A stretch of DNA of 64,000 nucleotides from an uncultured Alphaproteobacteria bacterium (GTDB lineage Bacteria; Pseudomonadota; Alphaproteobacteria; Rhizobiales; Xanthobacteraceae): contig CAVZGZ010000020.1 of assembly GCA_963774775.1 (NCBI GenBank), positions 43,889 to 107,888 of the forward strand, read 5' to 3'. Shown here piece after piece: positions 10,734 to 19,931 of this stretch; position 1 is the stretch's first letter, and every line of letters starts with the position of its first letter. Position numbers and translations under genes: made by a program. The notes beneath the pieces were generated by a model. It made no database searches. It saw only the letters and a program-made list of their open reading frames with translations, and was not told the origin of the DNA.

Positions 10734-11507
10734 ATGAGACTCGCGAACAAGACGGCGTTGATCACCGGCGGCAACAGCGGCATTGGTTTGGCAACCGCCA
10801 AGCTGTTTGTGGCTGAGGGCGCCAAGGTCGTCATCACCGGCCGCAACAAGGAGACGCTGGCTGCGGCTGCCAAGGAACTCGGACCGAATGCGTTCGCGAT
10901 TGCAGCCGACGCCACCGACATCGAGGCGACCGAAGCGGCGATCAAGCAGGGCGCCGGAAAGTTCGGCAAGTTCGACATCGTGTTCGCTAACGCCGGCATT
11001 CCCGGCCAGACGCCAGTCGGCGGGACGACGCTTGCAGCGTTTGAATCGGTGATCCGGACCAATCTCACGGGCGTGTTTTTCACCGTGCAGGCGGCGTCGC
11101 CCTATCTCAACGACGGCGCCTCGATCATCCTGAACGGCTCGGTGATCTCCGTGCTTGGCAATCCCGGCTATGCCGCCTATGCGGCGAGCAAGGCCGGCGT
11201 TCGCGCGATGGCGCGGGTGATGGCGTCCGAATTGTCGCCGCGTGGTATCCGCGTCAACGTGGTTGCGCCGGGCGCGATCCGTACGCCGATCTGGGGGGCC
11301 GCGATCGCGACGCCTGAAGCAGAGAAGGCGTTCGAGCAGCGGATCGGCAAGACCACGCCGCTGGGGCGTATCGGTGAGCCAGATCACATTTCGAAGACGG
11401 TGCTGTTCCTGGCATCCGACGATGCCGCTCATATTCAGGGGCAGGAGCTGTTCGTCGATGGCGGCGCGACCGCATCTCCCGCAGGCGCGCCGATCTATCG
11501 CGGGTAG
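10734..11507 (+). CDS. short-chain dehydrogenase/reductase
   Basis: TALITGGNSGIG, FANAG, YAASK, IRVNVVAPG; RBS GGAGG before ATG 10734. Confidence 0.93.
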   Translation: MRLANKTALITGGNSGIGLATAKLFVAEGAKVVITGRNKETLAAAAKELGPNAFAIAADATDIEATEAAIKQGAGKFGKFDIVFANAGIPGQTPVGGTTLAAFESVIRTNLTGVFFTVQAASPYLNDGASIILNGSVISVLGNPGYAAYAASKAGVRAMARVMASELSPRGIRVNVVAPGAIRTPIWGAAIATPEAEKAFEQRIGKTTPLGRIGEPDHISKTVLFLASDDAAHIQGQELFVDGGATASPAGAPIYRG

Positions 11508-11525
11508 TGCCGGATGAGCTGCGCT

Positions 11526-11679
11526 CCCTCTCCCGCTTGCGGGGGAGGGTTGGGGTGGGGGGCCTCCGCGAGTCACACTGTCCAGATGGAGATAGTTTCC
11601 CCCACCCGCATCGCATCCTTCGGATGCGATGCGACCTAAGAGCGAGCTTCGCTCGTCTCGACCCCCGCAAGCGGGAGAG
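11526..11679. repeat. REP-like element (CCCTCTCCCGCTTGCGGG family)
   Basis: CTCTCCCGCTTGCGGG ... CCCGCAAGCGGGAGAG inverted termini; GGGTGGGGG/CCCCCACCC inner arms. Confidence 0.75.
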
Positions 11680-11845
11680 ATGAAAAGGAGTCAGCGCCCG
11701 ATGGAAAATTCCGACATAAGTTGCATTGACCTGACTCACTCGTCTTAGGGTCGTATTTTGCCGAACCATTGAACCTTCGTCGTAGCTGCCAAGACTCCTC
11801 CATGCGCCGGGGTTTTTTCAACACTTGATACATTGGAGTGCAGAT

Positions 11846-12004
11846 ATGCCGAAAGCCGCCCGCATCTCTACATCGGCTCCCGTGTCGTCGACATCAGAGC
11901 AGTCAGATAGCGCTCAATTTATTTCAATCGCATTGTTTTCCGGTATCGGTTTGTTGATCTCGCTTGTTGCGGTTATCATGGGCGTGCAGGGCGCCTGGTT
12001 CTAG
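11846..12004 (+). CDS. 52-aa single-pass membrane microprotein (absent from ORF track)
   Basis: GGAG RBS; MPKAARISTSAPVSSTSEQSDSAQFISIALFSGIGLLISLVAVIMGVQGAWF*; hairpin at 12026-12049 downstream. Confidence 0.65.
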   Translation: MPKAARISTSAPVSSTSEQSDSAQFISIALFSGIGLLISLVAVIMGVQGAWF

Positions 12005-12068
12005 CAATCGAGGGTCGCAAGACCCGCCGTCGCGAATTGCCGCGACGGCAGGATAGCGGTCCGTAACG

Positions 12069-12677
12069 TCAGGCAGCGTCGAGGCTGCTTGCCTCCCTCA
12101 ATGCGCCGGCCACGGCTTTCTCGCGGTGCTCCGGCCCCATCTGGATCCCATCCGCGGAAATGAATTCAGGATTTTTCACGCCGATAAAGCCGAACACCCA
12201 GCGCAAATACGTCTCCAGATGTTCGCCGACGGCGGCCGGCGTCCCGGCGCCGTAGAATCCGCCGCGCGAGATCGCGACGATGACGCGCTTGTTGCCGGCC
12301 AACCCCTCGACGCCTTGCGCGCTGTATTTGAAGGTCTTGCCCGAGACCAGGATGCGGTCGATCCAGGCCTTGAGCTGGCTTGGAATCGTGAAATTGTACA
12401 TGGGTGCACCCAGCACCACGATGTCCGCGGCAAGAAACTCGCCCAGCACGGCCTGACCGGCGGCGATGTCGGCCTGCAATGACGTCTCGGCTGTCGCGCC
12501 TTGTGCCGCGGCGAGATGAGAGCCTGAGAGATGCGCAAGCGGCGTCGCGGTGAGGTCGCGATAGGTCACCTCAACGCCGGGATTGGCCTTGAGCAGCCGC
12601 TCGACGATGGCGGCGGAAACCTGTCGGCTGACGGAGTGGGGGCCGAGGACGCTGGAATCGATATGCAGGAGTTTCAT
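12069..12677 (-). CDS. azoR: FMN-dependent NADH-azoreductase
   Basis: [33 protein letters not shown]. Confidence 0.93.
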   Translation of the reverse strand: MKLLHIDSSVLGPHSVSRQVSAAIVERLLKANPGVEVTYRDLTATPLAHLSGSHLAAAQGATAETSLQADIAAGQAVLGEFLAADIVVLGAPMYNFTIPSQLKAWIDRILVSGKTFKYSAQGVEGLAGNKRVIVAISRGGFYGAGTPAAVGEHLETYLRWVFGFIGVKNPEFISADGIQMGPEHREKAVAGALREASSLDAA

Positions 12678-12777
12678 GGAGGGTCACCTCTGGTGGTATA
12701 GGTTTGTAACTGGCGCTATATGAGTGACTGTCCTAGAACCCCGCAAGAACGCACATTTTTGAAACCCGAGCACACCG

Positions 12778-13194
12778 TTGAAACCCGAGCACAACAATGT
12801 GCCTGCCCCGAAGGGGCCGGCGCTGCCGCCCAGTCCCCATCTCGATAGCGACTGCCGGGGCGTGGCTTCCATCCTGGCGCGCGTCGGCGACAAATGGAGC
12901 GTGTTCGTGATCATGCTCTTGGGCGACGGCCCGCGGCGCTTCAATGAGATCAAGCGGATGATCGCCGGCATCTCGCAGCGGATGCTGACCTTGACCCTGC
13001 GCGGGCTGGAGCGCGACGGACTGGTGACGCGAACGGTGTTTCCGACCATCCCGCCGCGCGTGGATTATGAATTGACCGATCTCGGCCGTGGCTTGTCGAA
13101 GCCAGTGGAGGCGCTGGGCAGGTGGGCGTTCGATCATCAGCCGCAGATCGAAAGCGCACGGGCAAAGTTCGACGGGCGCAACGACAAGAGTTGA
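12778..13194 (+). CDS. HxlR-family transcriptional regulator divergent from azoR
   Basis: LARVGDKWSVFVI..GPRRFNEIKR..GISQRMLTLTLRGLERDGLVTRTVFPTIPPRVDYELT. Confidence 0.92.
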   Translation: MKPEHNNVPAPKGPALPPSPHLDSDCRGVASILARVGDKWSVFVIMLLGDGPRRFNEIKRMIAGISQRMLTLTLRGLERDGLVTRTVFPTIPPRVDYELTDLGRGLSKPVEALGRWAFDHQPQIESARAKFDGRNDKS

Positions 13195-13196
13195 GG

Positions 13197-14312
13197 TCAG
13201 ATCAGCGTCACCAGCCCGCCGCCGTGACGCTCCAGCCGTCCGGCGAGCTCGAGCTCCAGCAGCACGCTGCGCACGATGGCGGGCGAGGCGCCGGACAGGC
13301 GGATCAAATCGTCGAGGCTGATCGGGCTCGGTCCCAGCAGATTGACGATGCGGCCGCGGTCGTCAGCGCCGGTCTCGAAATCCAGCGGCTCGCCATCGTC
13401 TTCGCGCGCGCCAAGCACGATCGGCCGCTCCATGATCGGCGTCACCGCATTGATGACGTCAGTGGCCTGGGTCACCAGCGCCGCGCCCTGCTTGATCAGA
13501 TCATTGGTGCCGGCGGCGCGCGGATCGAGCGGGGAGCCCGGCACGGCAAACACCTCGCGGCCCTGTTCGGCCGCCATCCGCGCGGTGATCAGCGATCCCG
13601 AGCGATGCGCGGCCTCGACGATGACGACGCCGAGCGCCGCGCCCGAGATCAGCCGATTGCGCCGGGGGAAATCGCGGGCGCGGGGCACATGTCCCTGCGG
13701 CATTTCCGAGATCGCGGCGCCGTTGTCGAGCAGCGACGCCAGCAAATCCCCATGCTCGGGCGGGTAGATCCTGTCGTGACCGCCGGCCAGCACCGCGACC
13801 GTGCCGCTCTCGATCGTGGCGCGATGGGCGGATTGATCGATGCCGCGCGCCAGACCTGAGATCACGATGAAACCGCCGTCGCCGAGATCGCGCGCCAGTT
13901 GGCTCGCAAATTTCAGCCCGGCGCCGGAGGCATTGCGGGAGCCTACGATCGCAATCATCGGCCGCATCAGCACGTCAAGCGCGCCGCGCACACCGAGCAG
14001 CGGTGGCGCGTCGTCGATGGTGGCGAGGCGTGGGGGATAGCCGATTTCGCCCGGTGCGAGCAGGTGGACGTTCATTCTGGCTGCTGCGGCGAGTTCGGCT
14101 TTCGCGTCCTCGATCGAACAGATGCGTCCCGGCCCGGACGCGCCACCCCGCCGCGCCAGATCGGGCAGCCGCTCCAGCGCCGTCCGCGCATCGCCGAAAT
14201 GCTGCAGCAGGGACTGGAAGGTACGGGGCCCGATATTGTCGGACCGGATCAGCCGCAGGCGGTCGAGCCGGTCGGCGTCGGTGAGGTGCAAAGTCTTGTT
14301 GATAGCGTCCAC
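13197..14312 (-). CDS. dprA: DNA-processing protein DprA (Smf)
   Basis: [52 protein letters not shown]; likely GTG start at 14312, since the longer ORF runs through a REP. Confidence 0.95.
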   Translation of the reverse strand: MDAINKTLHLTDADRLDRLRLIRSDNIGPRTFQSLLQHFGDARTALERLPDLARRGGASGPGRICSIEDAKAELAAAARMNVHLLAPGEIGYPPRLATIDDAPPLLGVRGALDVLMRPMIAIVGSRNASGAGLKFASQLARDLGDGGFIVISGLARGIDQSAHRATIESGTVAVLAGGHDRIYPPEHGDLLASLLDNGAAISEMPQGHVPRARDFPRRNRLISGAALGVVIVEAAHRSGSLITARMAAEQGREVFAVPGSPLDPRAAGTNDLIKQGAALVTQATDVINAVTPIMERPIVLGAREDDGEPLDFETGADDRGRIVNLLGPSPISLDDLIRLSGASPAIVRSVLLELELAGRLERHGGGLVTLI

Positions 14313-14371
14313 GATTTTCTCCGGCTGACAGCATGAAGCAACCTGAGGGAGTGGGCAACGGTCTCTCCATT

Positions 14372-14493
14372 CGTCATTCCGGGATGCGCCACTTGGCGCA
14401 GGCCCGGAATCCATACTCACGATCGTGGTTATGGATTCTCTGATGTGCAATTGCACATCAAAGCTCGCGTCTTCGACGCGCCCCGGAATGACG
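14372..14493. repeat. REP/REPIN-like element with 20-bp palindrome TGATGTGCAATTGCACATCA
   Basis: Same family as 10014-10133, arms in opposite order; palindrome at 14441-14460. Confidence 0.85.
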
Positions 14494-14577
14494 GTGGGGT
14501 GGCATGCGGGCTCGCTGCTTGCCCCATCCCAACGCAATCCTTAAAACCCCTCTGGTCCCCGCAGGAGACGAAGCCCC

Positions 14578-15816
14578 ATGATCTCGCTCGCCGAACTCCA
14601 GCGCCGTATCGATGCCGGCGATCTTTCCGCCGATGCGGCCATCGCGCAATCGCAAGAGGCTATCGCCGCGCACGAAAAGACCATCGGCGCTTTCGTCTGC
14701 CGCGACGACGGCGCCCGCGCGCAGGCCAAAGGCCCGCTGCGGGGTATTGCGGTCGGCATCAAGGACATCATCGACACCGCTGATTTCCCGACCGAGATGG
14801 GCTCGGCGATCTACAAGGGAAATCGTCCGCGCGCCGATGCGCCCGTCGTCATGCTGCTGAAGCAGGCGGGCGCGACCATCGCCGGCAAGACCACGACGAC
14901 GGCGTTTGCCGCCACCGATCCGACGCCGACGCTTAATCCGCGCAACCACGGCCATACGCCGGGCGGATCGTCCTCGGGCTCGGCGGCAGCTGTTGGGGCC
15001 GGCATGATTCCGCTGGCGCTGGGGACGCAGACCGGCGGCTCGGTGATCCGGCCGGCCTCGTTCTGTGGCGTCGCCGCGATCAAGCCGTCGTACCGGTTGC
15101 TGCCGACCGTCGGCGTAAAATGCTTTTCGTGGACGCTGGATACCGTTGGCCTGTTCGCGGCAGGGGTCGATGACCTCGCGCGGGGATTGTCGGCGATGAC
15201 CCGGCGGCCCGAGCTGCTGCTCGGCGCTGCCGTGCAGTCGCCGCGCATCGGCGTCGTCACGCAGGATTTTGCCGGCAGCCCGCAAGCCGAAGGCGCCGAG
15301 GCGCTGCAGGTCGCGGCGCGGGCTGCGGAACGCGCCGGCGCGTCGGTCCGTGCGCTGGCGATGCCTGATGTCGTCGCGGAAGCGTGGCGGATCCATCCCG
15401 ATGTGCAGGAGTTCGAGGCGCATCAGGCGCTCGCCTGGGAATACCGCGAGAATTACGACGCCATGCCGCCGCTGCTGCGCGGCAAGCTCGATGAAAGCAA
15501 GGATACGACGGCTGCTGCCTATGATGCGGCGATCAAGGTCGCGAGCCGGGCGCGCCACGCCTTGTCAGGCGTCTTCGACGAGGTTGACGTGCTGCTGACG
15601 CTGTCAGCGCCGGGCGCGCCCCCGAAGGGATTGGGTTCGACCGGCGATCCCCGCTACAACCGGCTGTGGACGCTGATGGGCGTTCCCTGCGTCAACGTTC
15701 CCACGCTCGTGGCCGAAGGTGGATTGCCGGTCGGCGTGCAGATCATCGCCCGCTTCGGCGCCGACGCGCAGGCGCTGGCGGTGGCAAAGTTCGTGGAGGA
15801 GGCGCTGAAGCACTAA
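14578..15816 (+). CDS. amidase signature family protein
   Basis: GPLRGIAVGIKDIID, HTPGGSSSGSAAAV, GTQTGGSVIRPASFCG. Confidence 0.92.
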   Translation: MISLAELQRRIDAGDLSADAAIAQSQEAIAAHEKTIGAFVCRDDGARAQAKGPLRGIAVGIKDIIDTADFPTEMGSAIYKGNRPRADAPVVMLLKQAGATIAGKTTTTAFAATDPTPTLNPRNHGHTPGGSSSGSAAAVGAGMIPLALGTQTGGSVIRPASFCGVAAIKPSYRLLPTVGVKCFSWTLDTVGLFAAGVDDLARGLSAMTRRPELLLGAAVQSPRIGVVTQDFAGSPQAEGAEALQVAARAAERAGASVRALAMPDVVAEAWRIHPDVQEFEAHQALAWEYRENYDAMPPLLRGKLDESKDTTAAAYDAAIKVASRARHALSGVFDEVDVLLTLSAPGAPPKGLGSTGDPRYNRLWTLMGVPCVNVPTLVAEGGLPVGVQIIARFGADAQALAVAKFVEEALKH

Positions 15817-15819
15817 CTG

Positions 15820-15856
15820 CGTCATTCCGGGTTCGATGCTTCGCACCCGGAATGAC
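15820..15856. repeat. single REP hairpin between convergent amidase and plsY
   Basis: CGTCATTCCGGG...CCCGGAATGAC. Confidence 0.7.
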
Positions 15857-15860
15857 AATC

Positions 15861-16457
15861 TTACTTCTTCTCCCCGATCCGCCCTTCGGTGCCGGCCTGC
15901 AACCGTCCAATGTTTTCGCGGTGGGTGTAGAACAGAATCAAGGTCAGCACCACGAACAGCGATGCCAGCGCGGCGTGGCCGAACCACCACAGGAAGATCG
16001 GCGTGACGAAGGCCGCGACCAGGGCCGACAGCGACGAGTAGCGCGAGGTGTAGGCGGTGGCGAGCCACATCACGGCGAACACCAGCGCCGCCGGCCAGAA
16101 CAGGCCGAGCAACACGCCAAGGTAAGTCGCAACGCCTTTGCCGCCCCTGAACTTCAGCCAGACCGGATAGAGATGGCCGAGGAAGGCGCCGAGTGCGGCC
16201 AGCATCGCCGCGTTCGGTCCGCCGTAATAGCCCGCAATAATCACCGCGACCGTGCCCTTGAGCATGTCGCCGATCAGCGTCGCCGCAGCCAGCCCCTTGC
16301 GTCCCGTGCGCAGCACGTTGGTGGCGCCGATATTGCCGCTTCCGACCGAACGCAGGTCCTGCGTGCCGGCGAGTTTTGTCAGCACGAGGCCAAAGGGAAT
16401 CGAGCCGAGGAGGTAGCCGAGCAGGAACGCGACCACCAGGAACGCGTCAGCTGACAT
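15861..16457 (-). CDS. plsY: glycerol-3-phosphate acyltransferase PlsY
   Basis: [38 protein letters not shown]. Confidence 0.95.
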   Translation of the reverse strand: MSADAFLVVAFLLGYLLGSIPFGLVLTKLAGTQDLRSVGSGNIGATNVLRTGRKGLAAATLIGDMLKGTVAVIIAGYYGGPNAAMLAALGAFLGHLYPVWLKFRGGKGVATYLGVLLGLFWPAALVFAVMWLATAYTSRYSSLSALVAAFVTPIFLWWFGHAALASLFVVLTLILFYTHRENIGRLQAGTEGRIGEKK

Positions 16458-16520
16458 GGCCGCAGCTCCCTTGGCTGTTGCGCCCTTTGCGGTATGGCAC
16501 GCCCGCATCCTGCGATCTCA

Positions 16521-16539
16521 TCAATGGATTATTAACCAT
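16521..16539 (+). promoter_or_regulatory. CtrA-like box
   Basis: TCAA-N7-TTAACCAT, one mismatch from TTAA-N7-TTAAC, upstream of the 16578 small ORF. Confidence 0.45.
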
Positions 16540-16577
16540 AAATTCGCATCGTGGTCTCCATATCAGGAGAGATTATC

Positions 16578-16685
16578 ATGGCTTTTAACCGCAAGCGCCT
16601 GGAGCTGTTTTTCTTTGGGCTTTATCTCGGAGCTATTCTCGTCGGCACGTCGATGGAAGCGATTGCGCAGATCGTGACGCGCTGA
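16578..16685 (+). CDS. 35-aa hydrophobic microprotein (absent from ORF track)
   Basis: AGGAGA RBS; MAFNRKRLELFFFGLYLGAILVGTSMEAIAQIVTR*; fills the plsY-pyrC gap. Confidence 0.55.
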   Translation: MAFNRKRLELFFFGLYLGAILVGTSMEAIAQIVTR

Positions 16686-16700
16686 CGTTTTGCGCCGTTT

Positions 16701-18002
16701 TCAGACATGCTCATAGACTGTCCGCCCGCCGACAATAGTACGCACCACGCGGCCGGAGAAGCGGGCCTCGTCGAACGGCGTATTCTTGCACTGCGATTTG
16801 AGGTCGGCGGGATCGAGCACCCAGGGAACATCGGCGTCGATCACGATGACGTCGGCAGGCGACCCTGCGCGCAGGGTTCCGCCCGGCAGGCCTAATAGTT
16901 CCGCCGGCCGGGTCGACATCGCCCGGATCAGTGTCTTGAAATCCATCTCGCCGTTGTGAACGAGCCGCAACGCCGCCGGCAGCATGGTCTGCAGCCCGAT
17001 TGCGCCGGAGGCTGCTTCCGCGAACGGCAGCCGCTTGACCTCGACGTCCTGCGGATTGTGGTCGGACATCACGACGTCGATCAGCCCGGAGGCAACCGCC
17101 GCGACCAGTGCCTGGCGGTCTTCCTCGGTGCGCAGCGGCGGCGACAGTTTTAGAAAGGTACGGTAGGGCCCGATATCGTTCTCGTTCAATGTAACATGGT
17201 TGATCGACACCGAGGCTGAGACGTCGAGGCCTGCGTCGCGGGCGCGCTTGAGGATTTCCAGCAATTCGATGCAGCTCAGCGAGGCCGCGTGATAGCGCCC
17301 GCCGGTCAGTGCCACGAGCCGCATGTCGCGTTCGAGCACGACGGCTTCGGCGGCGTTGGGGATGCCGGAGAGACCGAGGCGCGCCGCGAATTCGCCCTCG
17401 TTCATCACGCCTTCGCCGACCAGATCCGGATCTTCGGTGTGGTGCACGATCAACGCGTCGAAGTCGCGGGCGTAGGTCAGGGCACGGCGCATCACCTGCG
17501 CGTTGGTGACGCTCTTGTCGCCGTCGGTGAAGGCGACGGCGCCCGCAGCCTTCAAGAGGCCGATCTCGGTCATCTCCTCGCCGCGCATCCCCTTGGTCAG
17601 CGCCGCCATCGGGTGGATGTTGACGATCGCGGTGTCGCGGGCGCGGCGCAGTACGAAGTCGACGGTCGCCGAATTGTCGATCACAGGTGACGTGTCAGGC
17701 TGGCAGATGATGGTGGTGATGCCGCCGGCGGCCGCCGCCTGGCTGGCGGAGGCAAAGGTTTCGCGGTGACTGGCGCCGGGCTCGCCGACGAAGGCGCGCA
17801 TGTCGATCAGCCCCGGAGCTATGATCTTGCCGGCGCAGTTGATGATGTCGGTACCTTCGGGCACGCCGGCCGCGCCGATCCCGCGCTTGCTATCGCGGAT
17901 GACGCCGTCGGCGATCAGGACGTCGCCGAGGCCATCGAAATCGCGCGACGGATCGATGAGGCGGGCGTTGGCGAGCAGGATCGGGCGGCGATCGGTCAGC
18001 AT
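16701..18002 (-). CDS. pyrC: dihydroorotase (multifunctional-complex type, possibly the inactive PyrC' form)
   Basis: APGLID, AAAAGGITT, KLSPPLR, SDHNP, KNTPF; follows pyrB; the HxH metal motif reads MRAF here. Confidence 0.9.
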   Translation of the reverse strand: MLTDRRPILLANARLIDPSRDFDGLGDVLIADGVIRDSKRGIGAAGVPEGTDIINCAGKIIAPGLIDMRAFVGEPGASHRETFASASQAAAAGGITTIICQPDTSPVIDNSATVDFVLRRARDTAIVNIHPMAALTKGMRGEEMTEIGLLKAAGAVAFTDGDKSVTNAQVMRRALTYARDFDALIVHHTEDPDLVGEGVMNEGEFAARLGLSGIPNAAEAVVLERDMRLVALTGGRYHAASLSCIELLEILKRARDAGLDVSASVSINHVTLNENDIGPYRTFLKLSPPLRTEEDRQALVAAVASGLIDVVMSDHNPQDVEVKRLPFAEAASGAIGLQTMLPAALRLVHNGEMDFKTLIRAMSTRPAELLGLPGGTLRAGSPADVIVIDADVPWVLDPADLKSQCKNTPFDEARFSGRVVRTIVGGRTVYEHV

Positions 18003-18006
18003 GATT

Positions 18007-18960
18007 TCACGCGTTCGGCAGGTTGCGGGCGAGCGCTTCGAGCACCGCCATCCGCACCGCCACTCCCATTTCCACTTGTTCCCGGATCAGCGACTGCGCG
18101 CCGTCGGCGACGATCGAGTCGATCTCCACCCCGCGGTTCATCGGCCCCGGATGCATCACCAGCGCATCCGGTTTTGCATACGCGAGCTTCTTCTGGTCGA
18201 GGCCGAAATAATGGAAATATTCCTGGGTCGACGGCACGAAGGAACCGTTCATCCGTTCGCGCTGCAGCCGCAGCATCATGACGATGTCGGCACCGTTGAG
18301 ACCCTCGCGCATGTCGCGGGCGACTTCGACGCCCATCCGCTCGATACCGCGCGGCAGCAGCGTGGAGGGCGCCACCACGCGGACACGGGCGCCCATGGTG
18401 TTGAGCAGCAGGATGTTGGAGCGCGCCACGCGCGAATGCATCACGTCGCCGCAGATCGCGATCACGAGACCCTCGAGCCGGCCCTTGTTGCGGCGGATGG
18501 TGAGCGCGTCCAGCAGCGCCTGGGTCGGATGTTCGTGGGCGCCGTCGCCGGCATTGATCACGGAACCGTCAACCTTGCGCGCCAGCAGTTCCACCGCGCC
18601 GGAGGCGTGATGCCGCACCACCAGGATATCCGGGTGCATGGCGTTCAGCGTCACCGCGGTGTCCATCAGCGTCTCGCCCTTGCGGATCGAGGACGAGGAC
18701 ACCGACATGTTCATGACGTCGGCGCCGAGCCGTTTTCCCGCCAGTTCGAACGAGGATTGGGTCCGGGTCGAGGCCTCGAAGAACAGATTGACCTGGGTCC
18801 GGCCGCGCAGGCTCGCGCGCTTCTTGTCGACCTGGCGGTTGAGCTCGACATATTCCTCGGAAAGGTCGAGCAGGCCGGTGATATCGTCGGCGGAAAGCCC
18901 CTCGATTCCCAGCAGATGCCGGTGCCCGAGGACGAAAGTCGATTTCAATGCAGGGGTCAT
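18007..18960 (-). CDS. pyrB: aspartate carbamoyltransferase catalytic subunit
   Basis: [47 protein letters not shown]. Confidence 0.97.
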   Translation of the reverse strand: MTPALKSTFVLGHRHLLGIEGLSADDITGLLDLSEEYVELNRQVDKKRASLRGRTQVNLFFEASTRTQSSFELAGKRLGADVMNMSVSSSSIRKGETLMDTAVTLNAMHPDILVVRHHASGAVELLARKVDGSVINAGDGAHEHPTQALLDALTIRRNKGRLEGLVIAICGDVMHSRVARSNILLLNTMGARVRVVAPSTLLPRGIERMGVEVARDMREGLNGADIVMMLRLQRERMNGSFVPSTQEYFHYFGLDQKKLAYAKPDALVMHPGPMNRGVEIDSIVADGAQSLIREQVEMGVAVRMAVLEALARNLPNA

Positions 18961-19045
18961 TAAAGCGAGAGCTATAGGGGCGGATGGCCGGGGGGGCAAG
19001 CGCGAATAGAGCGTCCCAAAGTTATCCCCCGATCTGTCCTATTCT

Positions 19046-19140
19046 CGTCATGCCCGGGCTTGTCCCGGGCATCCACGTCTTGCTTTTGCTCACCTTTCGG
19101 GAACAAGACGTGGATGGCCGGGACAGGCCCGGCCATGACG
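19046..19140. repeat. RIME/REP-like element (CGTCATGCCCGGGCTTGTCCCGGGCATCCACG family)
   Basis: Inverted arms ending GGACAGGCCCGGCCATGACG. Confidence 0.85.
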
Positions 19141-19157
19141 ATGTGGATTCGACCCTC

Positions 19158-19907
19158 ATGAGAACCGTCGTGATCGCATTCGTCGCGGCAGCCACTATTT
19201 CACAGGCCACCGCACAAGCCTTGCCCGGCGGCTTCGTGTTCCTGCGGGACATCGATCCCTCCATCATCCAGGACATCCGCTACGCCGGCTCGAACAATTT
19301 CGTGGGCCGGCCGCTGGCGGGCTATGGCGCGGCGGAATGCGTCGTGAAGCGGGAGGTGGGGCTCGCGCTGAAGAACATCCAGCGGGAACTCGCCAAACAA
19401 AAATTGTCGCTAAAGATGTTCGATTGCTACCGTCCGGTACGCGCGGTCGCGGACATGGTGGCATGGTCGAAGAACAGCCGGGAGACGGCGGCCGAACGCC
19501 GCTTCAATCCGGCCTTCTCCAAGGCCGATCTGTTCCGGCTGGGTTATATCGCCACCCATTCGCAGCATTCCACCGGGGCCGCACTTGATCTCACGCTGGT
19601 CGACCTGACCGCGGACAATTCAGCCGCGTTCGATCCGAGCAAGGCCTACGCCGACTGTACCGCGCCGGAGGCGGCCCGTGCGCCCGAAGGCAGCGTCGAC
19701 ATGGGTACCGGCTACGACTGCACCGATCTGAAGGGGCATACGGCGGCTGCGTCAATTACGCCTGAGCAACGCCGCTGGCGCAGGCTTCTGGTGGCCGCGA
19801 TGGCACGGCAGGGTTTTGCAAATTATTCGAAGGAATGGTGGCACTTTTCGCTGCCGACCGCGAACGGGCAGGCCTATGATTTCCCGATTCCCGCGCGCCG
19901 TAATTGA
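19158..19907 (+). CDS. D-Ala-D-Ala dipeptidase (VanX/DdpX, peptidase M15), secreted
   Basis: Signal peptide, DIRYA, FDCYRP, SQHSTGAALDLT, DMGT, EWWHF. Confidence 0.9.
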   Translation: MRTVVIAFVAAATISQATAQALPGGFVFLRDIDPSIIQDIRYAGSNNFVGRPLAGYGAAECVVKREVGLALKNIQRELAKQKLSLKMFDCYRPVRAVADMVAWSKNSRETAAERRFNPAFSKADLFRLGYIATHSQHSTGAALDLTLVDLTADNSAAFDPSKAYADCTAPEAARAPEGSVDMGTGYDCTDLKGHTAAASITPEQRRWRRLLVAAMARQGFANYSKEWWHFSLPTANGQAYDFPIPARRN

Positions 19908-19931
19908 CGCCGCAAGCTTGAGGGAGTGGGC

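Noticed and set aside
14313-14537. N-terminal extension of DprA (likewise extensions of the VanX-like ORF from 18984 and the porin ORF from 45936)
   Set aside because: The extensions are translations of REP elements or a leader sequence; family-like sequence starts further downstream.
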